A DNA stretch of 63,996 nt, the filler included, from Sphacelaria rigidula (Eukaryota): NCBI GenBank assembly GCA_964200075.2. It is 3 parts of 3 records of this genome, joined end to end, with 100 filler letters (N's around TTAATTAATTAA, not from the genome) between each part and the next. Parts side by side here need not be neighbours in the genome. Positions count along the whole stretch, not along the records: positions 42,961 to 63,996 come from CAXNAA020000471.1; 2 more parts are not named here. The stretch is one strand, 5' to 3'. The notes under the pieces were generated by a model. It saw only the letters and a program-made list of their open reading frames with translations, was not told the DNA's origin and searched no databases. Within the stretch, counting starts at the first letter, position 1, and the number at the start of each line of letters is the position of its first letter. This document shows, piece after piece, positions 51,301-63,996 of the stretch. Made by a program: the position numbers and the translations under genes.

Positions 51301-53764
51301 CCCCGGACCCCAGTGTATTGCTGACAATGTCTCCCGAGACTCCTTACTCTCGAGTGGTGGGACTAGGCCGTATACATATATACCACATGTCACCCGTATT
51401 TCATGCTCTTTGTTCATGGGGAAACGAGGAGAGGATCAGAACATGATAGGTACGCCGCTGGTGAACTTTCGAGCTTCCTTCAACATATAGGAAACATATC
51501 CCGACGCCAAACACCTCGAGGCTGGAGGGGTCGGCCGAAAGTATGTCCTCCTGTTGTGGCGCTGCCTTCGCCGGTTGCGCCGCTGCGGGCTCTCTTGAAT
51601 TAGCGTTGCCCGCCGACTGCGCATGTGGATGCATACAAAAAAAATAACGGGGATGATCTGCTTGTGATAAGCCTCTGATGTGCGTTATTTCAAATAGTGC
51701 AGATTATGCCGTGTTCCTTCAACAGCATATCTCTCTTTGAGCTCTTGAAAAAACGTTTCTGCCCCCTCCCCCCGCCTGCCAATTAACGAACCTGTTGCCC
51801 CCCCCGCTTCGAGGGCAACGGGCCAGAGTCAGGGGATTGTCTTCTGCCGCCGTTCCTGTACTCTACTGAGCTCGAACGACGTAGCGCGGGAGTCCCCTGC
51901 GTCGGCGATGATCGCCGTCGGCGGCCGGTGTCATCTTCCCGTTCGCCTCTCCGGCTCCTGCCAGAGCTGACTGCCCTGGAAACGGAGCTAGAACGACTGA
52001 CGGTGCTGCCAGCGGACGATGTTCGGCTAGGCCTTCTGCGCTCTGCCGTTCTCGAGCGTGCGACCTATTTTGGAGCACGCGGAGTAGGGGGCCGGGGACG
52101 CGGTTGGTGAAAACCAGACTCGAGTTGTAAGTGAGTGTGGTGAAGGGGACTTGTCGACACGCGTCGAAACAGCACCTTCGTACGAATGGCCAACATGAAA
52201 CTGGCGAGGGTGAGTGGGGGGGGGCGGAGGGAAGGTGTTAAGATGAAACTGGAAAAAGGAGGAGTGGGGAGGCCTGATAGTTGTCCCCCACCTATTTTCA
52301 CGACAACCTTGTTGGACCCGGGTTAATCGAGCTGCTTGTACGACTCCCTTGCCTCAACGCGGGTTCTCCATCAACGGCACCCGGACCTTCGGGGCCGGAT
52401 AGGCTCTACCGTGTCCAATGCAACCAGCTCACCGAATCGTTGCCGCCGCCACCGCCCTTGCCGCTGTACCCAAGTCGTTCAAAACGTCGCTGCTCATCCA
52501 CGTGAAGGCTCCGCATGCTGTCCCGCTTCGTCGCCTCCAGTTGAGCCGCCAGGTAAGGGTCTCTCCGCGCGAAACTGCACATGAAAATGAAGCCAGGGAG
52601 TAAGAGAAGTAGGGGAGCATGTGTACAACTTGTAGAGTTGAGCTACAAGATGGAGGATGGACATGATACAACTCCTCAGACGCACAACCGCAACACGTAA
52701 CTGCGCTCACCGAAGGGCCAACATGGAAACTTGGACTTATCATGAGCGCGGCGTACAGCATGCTTCTCACGATCATGTGAAAATCTCGAGGCATCGCTCG
52801 TCAGATCACCGAATCTACGATTTTTCGGGCTTAATTGCTCAAAGAAAAAAAATGATGCCGAAAACAAGAGAAGGCTACACGCAGACTCTTGCGCTTTTTG
52901 TCCACGAACCTGGAGTGCAACGTTAAAAACAAAGCCCAAGGATTGATTTGTACGGTACAAATCATCGACCACACTGGAAGTCAAGTAATTTTCAGACAAA
53001 CGATTTGAAGTCGTACCTTTGTCATTCTTCACACAACATTCATCATCAGACAGTAACTGATTCGAGTTGTATCTATAAATCATGTTCAACAGGTATGCAC
53101 GGGCTTTTTCTATTTCGAAGCTCACTTCTTGAAAGGGATGCCGTCAATGACCAGACTGTATTCCTCGAAGTTGATGCCCACCCTCAGAAGGTGCGCCCCA
53201 GAAGACCAAGCAAAGGCCCACTCCGTGGACACCTTCAATCCGCACAGCCAAACGTAACAGAAAAAGTATCGGGAGTATTTGTGTGGGTCCAGAGCGGAAT
53301 ATTGGCAACAGTCCGTACCATTTGCGGCGATTCACTCGACACTTCAAAGCATTCGGCTGCTCTGAATTGTGTGCGTGTGTTTGCCGCGGGATTCTGCTCA
53401 GATGAGGTTCGACATGGGGCGTTTGAGTCATGTCGGGTGCTATGTTGCAACAGGACTACGGCGATGAGTTCTGACGCGTTTCGTGTAAAATATGTAACGA
53501 GCGCAGTTGCCACGGGATTGTGCAGCGGTGAGATCCAACACGTTGCACGTGCCGTGTTGGACGCGTAGTTGACACGGGATTCTATGGTAAGTGAGAATCG
53601 AATGAGAGTCTGACATGTTGCATATTTACCAGCCCAAAGCGAAAAAAACTGATGGGATATGAAATGCGTCGTGACAGTGCGCCTACCTTCTGAGCCTCGT
53701 TGATGCACTCGCCATCGAAGAAAGTTCTCTTCTTTCCGCTCATCAGCGAGTGCACCAGCGTCAC
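45327..53764 (-). CDS. Multi-exon protein with FAIM-like beta domain, UIM-like helix and a Q/G/S-rich tail with NPF and DPW motifs (5' exons unresolved)
   Basis: Phase-compatible exons: 53764-53687 (VTLVHSLMSGKKRTFFDGE), 53232-53126 (EWAFAW..YSLVIDGIPF), 52574-52433 (DPYLAAQLEATKRDS), 52064-51792, 51616-51515, 51097-50882, 47817-47707 (DNPFDQ), 46697-46458 and 45533-45327 (SDPWD). HSLMSGKK..DG and YSLVIDG resemble FAIM1 motifs. Confidence 0.7.
49450..50150. mobile_element. Long inverted-repeat element abutting a second MITE
   Basis: CGTCGTTTTACGCCCCAAAAGAGAG..TGGCCGCAGTT (49507-49620) pairs with AACTGCGGCCA..CTCTCTTTTGGGGCGTAAAACGACG (49753-49865). TAAGGAGTTAGACCCT (49925) pairs with AGGGTCTAACTCCTTA (about 50136-50151). 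Confidence 0.75.
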
Positions 53765-56700
53765 CTTCAACGAGCAGGACACAGAGGGTGTCGAAGAGTG
53801 GCACAAGAATATTGGACTGGGGAAAAAATGCAGCTCTCAAAGGGGCACGGATTAGAGATGGGTTGGGTGCCCTGTTGAAACGTGACGACTGACGGCAGAA
53901 GACGCAGAGTAAGAAGAGAGATCCTTCTCATGCTGCTGTACTAGGGAACTCCAAGACTCAATATTAAGGATTTGGAGTATGGGAGTTCTACTACCGCGAC
54001 TGATGATATCACGGCACAAAGCCAACTGGACGCATCGCACCCGGAGCGTACCATTTTCGACAGAACTAACTCGCCAACACCGAGGTGACAGTATTTGTGT
54101 GTGTGCGCCTGACGTATCGTTGCGTTTGGTCTTCGCCGTTTCCATCTGGTCTTGTCTTCCAAGTCTTGAAATAATGACCCTGGATGAGAGGAGAGGGTAC
54201 CAAAAAGGGCTAGGGGCATGCATGTACATACTGAGCCGAAATCCAAATTTACATTTCAGAAGGTGACCCGATGTAAGGCCGGTTCGATCCACGCCGAATG
54301 AGGGGATGTTCTCGAAAATGGTCTACAATCGATTCAGAGCCGCTCCGTCCTTAGATCGAATAAAGCGGCGTATTGTGTAACCAGGCTTCCCCCGTAAGAC
54401 CGAACAGGTCTGACGTCGGGTCTACAAGCGGCAAGTTTTGTCCCAATTGACGGAGAGTAGAACCACTGCATTTTACTAGACTGCTTCATCATAGTGATGT
54501 GTTGTATCTGCGGCCGTCACAGGACTTGTGCGCTCTCATTTCTCTCGGATATAGATGGAGACACAGAACAGAGAAAAACTCGGGCCATTCCCTGCCGCAG
54601 CACCCGCAATTTGCACACACGACGGAGTCGAGAAGATACGTTCACTCAGGCCTCTATGGACGAGCGCACTCAGACTACCCCACTGACGTGATTCATCGCC
54701 ATAGTTGTCCCCCCCACGTGCGCTGCTCCTCCTCGAAGGTGCGTTTGTCAACATGGCGTGCCTTCCAGGAGGCGTGAAAATTGATACATCTCGTTCGGGG
54801 CCTACGAAGGTAATCCACCACCTCATCCATGCACATATCTTTGCCGACAGTTTTCGGTATGCCGTGGGTTGGGGTTAGGGTTGGGAGTAGCGATAGTTGT
54901 AGAGTGTGTCAATCATGGACATGCCTCAATTACTTCCAGGTCAGGTGTTGTGTTACGGAAACATCAATCGTAAATTCTCCTCTCGAAATTTATAAACACG
55001 CGTGGGCATAGATACCCACCCCCTTCAAGGGGCCACCCCGCTCCCCGCTCCTGAAACTCCTGGATGTCTCTGGGCTGGCGGTCGGAAGAAATGTTCCAAC
55101 GCGAGGCTCGCCCCCCGAGTGCTGAAAACATACGTGGTGCCATCATATTCAGATCTCGACAGAGTTCACAGTCCCAAGGGCTCGCCTGATGTTGTGTTCA
55201 GCACGTGTTCGTCTCAACTTGGGGTTACAGGCACCAATTTGAGCTATGCCAACACACACTTTCCCTTGTCGAACAACTCATGAGTCAACCCTTGGACCCC
55301 TCCCCGAGCGTCGCCTTGAAACAATTCCACCGGCTGACAGTCCAGGAACACCCGGGGGGGGGCTTCCAGGGGGCCGGGTGCTTGTTCGCGCAACAGCCAA
55401 AAAGGTAATCACGTTCATGTGTGTTTGGTGTCCCCCACGATTAAATTCCAAGCCAAAAACAAGGCCCGAGGGGAGCGGGATAACCATTTCAAGAACTGTG
55501 ACTGGTCAGAACTATCACATGTTTCCCCGTACAGATCGACCACTTCGTCGGCTAGCCGTATCTCTCATTTGGGCCATGATTATTCAACCACAGACAACAT
55601 GAGCATTACTAATGTGCTTCTGCTCTGCTCGCGGTCTTTGCTACCCGCCTGATCCATCTCGTGTTGCCAGCCTAGCTCAACACTGTAGTGTTGTTGTTCG
55701 TCTCGAGGTAAAGACCGAGTATACTGTTTTCAGTGGAGAGCGACGGCACACTTTTTCCTGCACACGTCATCTCGTCGTTGTATCCAGCGAGGAGCGAGAC
55801 ATACAGCACAGGTACTAACTCTGCACGCATATGACTGCAGGGCATGAAACCATCTAGGATTCTCCGCTAGATGCCCGTCATGCACGTATTCATGAAAAAT
55901 GGCGTCTGGCGTATTGTGGAAGAAGATGGCCTGAACTCCAAACACGGCACAGTCCGTCTGACAGAGGTTCGCAGTCTCAAGGGTTCAGGCAGTCATGTGA
56001 TCTAGCTCATCACACTGGAAACACGGTGAAAGTGCCAGTCAGCGCACGGATCGTGGATTTAGCACACAGGGTTTTTTTTTTCTTCCTATTTTCGCACAGG
56101 GGTGCGGAAGCCTTGAAAAAACATTTTTTTTCAATCGAAAACATGCAGTCGAAAGGCATGAAGCGGCACTTGACTTTTCTCTCACAGACCACCACGCCAA
56201 ATGACACCCGTTCACAGCAACCCTGCAGCATAGAGCACGAGTCGCGCACAGGGATATATACACTAAAGAAGTCGGGTGTGCTTTGTTCATCTTTTGTTGG
56301 CAAAAACTTGCGCATCTTCTCTCATGGTAGTCATCAGGGACGGAGCTGCGTGCGGTACCGTGGGCAACCAAGTTGCGTGCACGCTCATGGACAATGCAGA
56401 CAGTACAAAGCTGCACGTTGCTCACGTTATTTTCAAGTCGCATTGTAAGCAGAGAGAACTGATGGTTTTGGGCTGTCTGCACTGCACATTGTCCACTTCC
56501 CCTTTATCTTCTCCTGAACGAAGCACGCACACACGCACCCAAGGCACCATACTTGCAAGCAGTGCAGACAGTACAGACCATGTACCGTTTCATGAATTTC
56601 ACCGTCTTTTTTGGATCGAAAGCTAGAAAATCCATCCGGACCCAACTGCATCCAACTCACTTGATTCAATTCCATCGCTCGTTTTCTCGATCGAAAAAAA

Positions 56701-57814
56701 AAGTTCCGAGACACGTCCTTAATCCTCTCGGGATTCACGATGGAAAATTGTCATGTGCAATTAACGGTGCTTGGGCAAGATATGGTTGATGGTTTACAGC
56801 CAAGACGCAACAACTTTCACCCACTGCGTATTTTTCATTTTCAGAAGCGTGCGAGTGACAAGTGGAACAAAAGAAGGTTTCTTTTTTACCGGTATGCCAA
56901 TCGCTGTTTTTTCCAACAAATGGAATGTTTCATAATATTTCTGCTGATTATTGTCGACGGATCCAATTGGACACACTTCATCCACCGCGTCGTATGATTG
57001 GACAAACCTCACCCGACCTCTTCGAGGAAGACATTTTTCTTGCACCTGCCGTGTGTGCTACTGGAATCTTCTTCGGTCTTCCATAATAAAATGGTTGCCG
57101 TCGGCCTTTTGTGCTTCCGTCTCTTCCTCTTTGTCAAGGCTTTTCATAATGAGGCGTTTGGCCCGGGGACAGGAGGGGAGGGTTCCAAAAGGGTTAATTA
57201 AATCGGTACACGGTAGCCACTCGATCGAGCACGCGGAAAAAAATACGTACCACACCCTATCGAGGGTCGGAGACACACCAGCCAAAGAGAAGCTGGAAGG
57301 CAAAGGAAATATTTTCGGCACGCAACAGCACCGTACTTCGTTGAGGATACTTTTGCGATGACCAAACTCGCGTTCAAGCGATGAAGCTGCCATCTGCTGA
57401 TTTATTGCCAACTCGCGATGCGTCATAGCTTGTCCCTCCCTCTCCTGCCGCTGTGAGCCGGGGTGGCCTTTTGGCTCGACAAGTTTCGGGAGGCGGGTTC
57501 GGGAGCACCCTCCCAGAAGTCAACCCTACTCGCACGTGCAGCTACGGAAATAATCTCGACTACTGAGCAGTAAGTGCAACGGGACAGTCAGTACGGGATG
57601 AAGTAAATGAGCTGCCCGAGCCACTGATATTTCACAAATATCGAGGACATGAAAAATGAAATTTCTTCATCGGATAATTCCAGACCAAAGAGAACGGAAA
57701 AAAGTGATCATACGTCCGGCGTTGCCAGTCTGGATTCTCGTCATTTTCCGAGTAAAATGAATATTTTCGTTTCCGATCCAATAGATTCCCCATCCTGACG
57801 GGTCAAAGGGTTAA

Positions 57815-57915
57815 CCCTTTGACCGCGAGGGTAGGTCACCTGCTGAATCGGCATCAATATTCACCGGGAAAACTATGCCGGATCCAGATGGACTACCCGC
57901 ACCGCCGTTCAAGGG
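57815..57915. mobile_element. piggyBac-like MITE (101 bp)
   Basis: The structure is TTAA|CCCTT..AAGGG|TTAA. Related sequences lie near 17341 and 63265. Confidence 0.65.
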
Positions 57916-60900
57916 TTAACATGTAACGATGACACCTCAAAATGGATGGGCCAACGTAAACAACTGGGTCGTCATATGGGTGTTAGCATCATGAGACATT
58001 ATTTGAGTGAAAAGAGTGACGATTCAACAGATCACCGATCCTGGCGGTCGAAGAGCTAAAAACAAAAAAGGGAGGGTGCTGGTTTTCACCTCATAAGTTG
58101 AAAGATTGTTCATGTTTGATAACGGGTATTCGGAATCACGACGACCCTTGCTGTGGACGACATGAAAACTGTACCGATTACAGTTCCACCTTGCCTCAGA
58201 GTGTTGGGGTCATGCAATGCAAAGAAGTGCACGGCGGAAATCGTTCACTTGTATGTTGAAGGGATGGCTGGTGAAAGCAACATGATCCGATCTCACTGTA
58301 CGTGAAGTGCGGTGCTATCTGACCACCATTCCACCATGTTCCCAAGTTGTGACGCATGTCTGTGCACATGCGCAATGGACGCAACCTTCTTCAGCTTGTC
58401 GCGTTGATTCATCCTCGAAAATCCGCACACTGGGGGGTGTCCAATCTTATGTTGTACTCATGGTTCCATCACATCACCGGGCAAAAAACACTCGCACCAC
58501 CGGAGAGCCAAGGCTGTGTACCAAGCACACGCAAGATATAAATCACTCATCAACGAGAGCAGCGCATAGTGTGTCTCCATCTCTCTTGGTCTGCATTACG
58601 GTGCTATTTATTCATCCGCTGATAATTAGATTGTTGCGCCGTCGGCCCTGTGCTGCCTGCGATAAATTTCGCCTCGAGGACGAACACCCCACTCAGGAGG
58701 TTTGGATCCAACATTAGGCTATAACGGAGGGGGGTCAGATAAAAATGTGCTCGACGAGGAGACGGGCAAGGGAGATTTGCTTCTAATACTTTTGTACTGT
58801 ACATGGGAGCGTGCGCACACGCCGCACCTCCCACTACTACGAGGATGTTGTACTTTCTCACACAAAATAAATCGGAACTGTTTTGTACCCTCTCTGACAT
58901 ACTTGGCTGTGCTGATGGTTCTCACTACAGAAATGTACATGACAATAGTCGAGTATTATACTACCGGCGAAAAAACTGTGTGACAATACTAATACTGTAC
59001 TAAAGTCTACACCACATACGTTACAAGAAGCCCCTCCATGTGCGAAAGCATGCTGAGCGGATATATTCCTGACTGAGTCAAGAGTGCGCAGAGCAGAGTG
59101 TGTTGTTGTGTTATAGCCCCTTCTATTCTGGACGCCGGTCTATATCTTTTAGTATATGCGGGCGCACCAGCTGGGATCAGAGGAGGAATGCCGCCACAGA
59201 AGTTTTTTCTTCTTCATTTGTTTTAGTTTTCCCCCCTTCTTCCGCGGTTCTCATCTTCATTTTCCATCGCGAGAGGCAGCAGTCCCTTTCCCTCGTCGAC
59301 CATGAAGTCAACTTTCATATGCCGACGACATAGCTCTCCACTGTTGGGCATTGTACAGTACGGTCGTGAAATACGGTACAGGACAGTCTGTCGAAGACGA
59401 AATACACAACCGACCCCTTCATGCGCGCTCAAATATGATGCATGCAAGCTTCGACTTTTCAGTGAAAAACGTTCCAGATGCGCAGTATATAGTCGATACT
59501 GAAGCATATACGTGGGTTGTCAGTTACTCACGGAGAGAGTGCGGCAACGCTCTTCATCTGTTATCCCAAAATCTGCGCCCCCTCACCGACGTGTCGAACG
59601 GTACTCTGGTGGTGAGTCGACATGAAAACAGGTCACGCGCATGCGGTACATTGCTCACTTAAAAATAGGACACACGGAATAAAAACAAAGCTACAGGTGC
59701 GTTCTTTAGTGACTGGTGAGACCCGTAGTATGTTTCCAAACAGATGCATGTTACTGCCTGCGTACATGCCGTAAGCTGCTATAGCACATCCATCAGCGAA
59801 GCAGCATACAAAGCAAACTTTTGTTTTGTGTTCTAGGTCGCTTTTGCTATTGATGTTTGTTGGCTCCGAGAAATTGCGCGATGAGATTTTCATCAGGTGC
59901 GCGCATCGTATGCTCGTCATAACCACCTAGTTCGAATCTTTTCTCAGCTGCAGAGTGGATAAGTGAGCGGCCCATCTTCGCCGCTGCTGCCTAGTTGAAT
60001 CTTTTCCGGCGAGAGCTAGGGGCCATCAGAAGGCAAGAAGAAAAGTGTATACCGGATGGGGGAACATACCTCATGCTCTTCACCCTCCTCCCCGAAGCAA
60101 AACTTCCATCGACACCTTTTTTTGGAGCTTTCCACGTTCCTCCCGATGTTGCTGGTCGATGACGGGAAGCATGTATTTTAGCACACAGGGTCAAAATGAC
60201 GGAAAACACGACAGAAAACCAAGTAGACAATAATTGCTGGGGAAAATATTTTACAGTGGATCGTCAGCAATTCCGAAAGATTGAGAAGGTCAGACAGAGG
60301 GGAGGGTTGCACGTTTCCCACTGAAGACATCGATTTTTGGTTCGGTCCTGTCGTCACACCGTTCATTATACTGAAAAATGTACAGCAGCACATCCACCCG
60401 CCGCAACCGTTTGCCGTCGTGCGTCAACAAGACCTCTACGATGTACCCGCTCGGCGGCAGGAGCACCAGCAGCAGCACAACCACCAGCAACAACAACGAC
60501 AGCACTTGCAGCATGGTCCTCGAATCAGCTACAGGATGGCGCGAAAGAGGAGTCTGCCCGGCAACTGCAATTCTAACTACCACATCGGTCTACGCCACCG
60601 TACGGTGCCCGTCTGCAGACAGCAGTCGCGCAAATTTTCCTCGCGTAAAAAGACACTGTCGCGATCTGTGTACCTGATCTCGAAGTAGATTTGGTAGGGG
60701 ATCTCCCCTCGTCGCCTTGCAAAAACGGAGTCGGGCGAAAGCGGCCTTGCCCCCGGCCCAGCGGAGGCCCGTCGGCTCATGACTTTGATATTCCCTGTGT
60801 TTCGCGGTGTGCGCAAAAGATGTACACCCAGCCCCGCTTCGAGGCGCGATCGAAATAAATAATGACACATGCTTTTTGTAATAGACACATGCCTCGCTCC

Positions 60901-61163
60901 TGACTGTAGAAAACCTGAAAACCTGCCTTTTGATCAAATTGCAAGCTTACTGTTTGTACTGTCGATTGTCTGTAAAGACAACCACCGTGTGTACTGCCTT
61001 TGGTCGATTCAACGGAACAACGCAGCATAGGCAACATTAAAACTGGAGAGGAAGAAACCATCCTGGAGACAAAGCTCCCGCCAAGGCACCGCGAGAACCG
61101 CGAATAAAAGTAAAATTATCGGCACTCCCTCCGTAGGCGACCTAAAACTTGCCTCAATCGATT

Positions 61164-61669
61164 ATGAGGAGGAGACCACACAGCGTCCAGGGAGCAACTC
61201 ATCTAGCCTCGAGCAGCCCGCGGGCGAGTGGAATTTTCAGCAGCTCAGACGACCTACTCATGGTAGCAGGACCAGTTCCAGGGGCAGGGGCAGAAGGTGC
61301 TGGAATAGGAGCAGCTTCTACAGGGGTCGGAACTGTAACTGGGGGCGAAGCCGCAGAGATGGAGATATCAGCGCCCTTCCCATCATCATTCCAGCAGAGG
61401 ACAGGCGGCATGGGCGGCAGTAACAATAGCGGTCATGGGGTTATGAGGGGGGGATCGAGCGGACCAGGCGGCATTGGCGGCTTTGCGGGCGCGTCTTCCG
61501 GGCAGGTGGTCGGTGGAAGCAGTGGTAATGTCGGTGGTGGCGGCGCTGGTGGTGGTGTTGGTGGTAGTGCGGGTGGTGTTGTGGTGTCGTCTGCTGGAGA
61601 TTTGGACTCTGCGAGACCGAGGGAAGGAAGTAAGGCGAAGAAGGGGGGATTCAAAGACTGGAAGAGGAG
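61164..61669 (+). CDS. Gly/Ser-rich N-terminal exon entering a probable PH domain
   Basis: The ORF MRRRPHSVQG..(G/S-rich)..REGSKAKKGGFKDWKR ends at a GTACGT donor. EGxxxKKGGxxxWKRR is typical of PH strands beta1-beta2. I did not identify further exons. Confidence 0.6.
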
Positions 61670-63996
61670 GTACGTACTGGTTTGGGTTGGGTTGGGTTGG
61701 GTTGCCTTTTTCGACGATATGTCCCATCATCTGCTCGCCTAGGTCTGAATACACCACTACGCTGTGTGGGAAGCATGCGTTTGTCTCATCGAGCGTTTTC
61801 TGTTTTCGAATGCACTCTCTCCGGGAAGAAGTCGTCCAGTTGTCTGCTCTCTTCTATGTCGTGAGTAGAATACTGTTTTTGCCGTTCCTGTCTCTAGGGC
61901 AGGGTTCGAGTGTCGCGCTGTGCATGCCGGTGAGCACAGCTATAGTCAGCAGCTGTGTCGTTCAACAGCATTCAGTGCAGTACAGTATAGTCAGTTCAGA
62001 CGACGTGAAAACCCACAACAGTATGATCAGTGCAGTCCACAGCAGCGGGGCGATTTGGGTCACTTCCGGTACCAGGTGTATATTCCAGCCAACAGAATGT
62101 CCGTTGTGTCTGTGCGTGATTTCTTTCACTCTCCGTGACACACTGCTCTGCCGCGAACTATTCGAGTTGCGTATGGTGGTTTGATGCATAATAGTAGTCC
62201 CAATTCAACACACCACATTTCAAGGTACAAAACAACAGACAGGATCACGCAGTACGTGCGCTGCAGTTGTCCGTCTTGCAACCGCGCCTCCCCGACCCCG
62301 AATGTAGCCTGTGACTATTTACGTGACCGTTCACCCCCATCGAGCGAATGGTGTTGGATATGAGGTCTGAGTTTCGTTTAGCTGGTGGCCAGTTCGTCGA
62401 TAGAGATGGCTTTCCAACGTCCAACGGTGAAGACAACCTTTACCCTCTCACTTCGACCTGTACGCTACTCTGACTGCACTACACTTGCTGTTTCCTCTAT
62501 TTCACACAGACAGCAGGGGTTTTTTACTGGTTCGTCACTGATCATAATTCGTCCAAAAATCCAGTCGTTTTCTCAGAAACCAGTCCGTTTTCGTTTACTT
62601 TTGTTCAAGCGGTGGTTTAATCGCAATGTGGTGCACCACGGCAGCTACTGTTCTGGTCACTGTCACTGTGCCGTGCTGTATTGACGGTAGGTCGACAACA
62701 CGCATCACAAGAATGGATCTTGAGTGGAAACAATAATAATCATCCGCGTTGTGATGACGAACAAGACATGGCTTCTCCCCAGTTCACTCGAGAGGGTTCC
62801 CGAATTTTTGTTCTGCCCTTGTGTCCGTCGCCACGGTACGTTACGATAGTTGTTGTCACGAACAGTGAGGTTTCCGCTGCACATTGCGGTTCCCTAGAGT
62901 GTGACTATACAGCCATCCCCCTCCGTATTGCGGTCACAATCGCTTTGTCATTGGCGTGGCACGGCTCAAGTCCGCTATATTCCTTCATTTCACGTGACAG
63001 CACTTGACGGGTACACCAGCATTGTACAGGGCCCCTATATAGTGCGGTCATGGTCTGCTGGCAACTCACCGCACGATAGAGGGACTCCCACCACAGCTAC
63101 GCTACTGTCTGTTCTACGAACTATAATATTATACTGATCGTCCTCAGCGTGCACTGTGGGCTTTTATCGACCTGAAGCTGGTTCTTGTTATCCGAAAGAT
63201 TTTGTCTCGAAAACATGCCTCATGGAGGAATTCAGGGGCGATTTTTGCCCGAGTAAGGGTCGTGACCCCTTGACCGGGAGGGTAGTTCACCTGCTGAGTC
63301 GGCATCAATTTCACTTCAAAAATGTACGTGGTCCATATGGATCGTGCATACTTTTTGCAATTGAAATAGATGCCGATCGAACATATGGTTTACCCTGGCT
63401 GTCTACGGGCCAAGGCTGATTGTGCCACACGTCGGAAATTATTCGCAGTGTACTTTCCCGATGGAGAGGATTTTACTCCGACAATGCACGTTCTCGATGT
63501 TTCGTGCGTCCACGAACCTTTGAGGTTGTGTTCTGTAGGGTACGGGTATAATCTGTAGGGTATGGGATTCCTCACAGATTTTTCAGGAATAACGGGTACC
63601 GGTTTGAAAGTCAAGTACAGAAAATACGGAACTTGTCGGGTACGGTATGGGAGGCTTACAGACAACTGTACCGACAATCGGGTATCCCTTCAAGGGCATA
63701 CCCGCGCTCCGGGTACGGGCATACGTGATATACAGAACTCACAGCACTGTCGGGTAAGGGTAGGAGAGGCGTAAAAAGCTTACAGAAACCGTCGTGTAGG
63801 GTATGGAGGCTGCATAGAGAACCGTACCCGCAACCGGGTGTCTTGTCAAGAGCATACCCGTGCCCCCGGCAACGGTACGGGAGGCCACAGAACTCCCACA
63901 ACTATCGGGTAAGGGTATCAACCCTTTTTGGGACCGGACCCCCACTAACACCCTGTGTTAGTAGAATAATAAAAAATAAATCTTCGAGCGATCTAC

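Noticed and set aside
52406-52432. 27-nt GTGAGC..TAG micro-intron or stop read-through
   Set aside because: It is far shorter than other introns here, and the following frame does not join the next exon in phase.
42047-53764. Functional cluster of a death-effector NLR with a FAIM-like (apoptosis inhibitor) gene
   Set aside because: The two genes are separated by an artificial spacer, and the FAIM assignment is motif-level only.
57013-57426. Candidate first exons of the FAIM-like gene
   Set aside because: Splice-like signals exist, but I could not build a convincing in-phase link to exon 53764.

Overview
This is eukaryotic, intron-rich DNA. Its GT-AG introns of about 0.2-5 kb, repeat families and NB-ARC-TPR gene point to a brown alga (Phaeophyceae); that assignment is an inference. 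The window consists of three contigs joined by 100-nt N spacers carrying TTAATTAATTAA (21398-21497 and 42861-42960), so adjacency across them is unproven. Contig 1 holds an 11-exon exonuclease 1 gene on the minus strand, head-to-head with exon 1 of a dihydroorotase. Contig 2 is dominated by an NLR-like gene on the minus strand. It encodes a helical N-terminal domain resembling the MLKL four-helix bundle, an NB-ARC domain with altered GLPL and MHD motifs, and about 25 42-aa TPR repeats. All its introns are phase 0, and those in the TPR array fall at only two positions of the repeat, so exons could be skipped or shuffled in frame. A decayed LINE lies in one of its introns. Contig 3 holds a multi-exon gene with a FAIM-like beta domain, a UIM-like helix and DPW/NPF motifs, plus the first coding exon of a probable PH-domain protein. 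Many MITEs, SINE-like elements and tandem repeats fill the introns. Exon boundaries were read by hand and have no transcript support.
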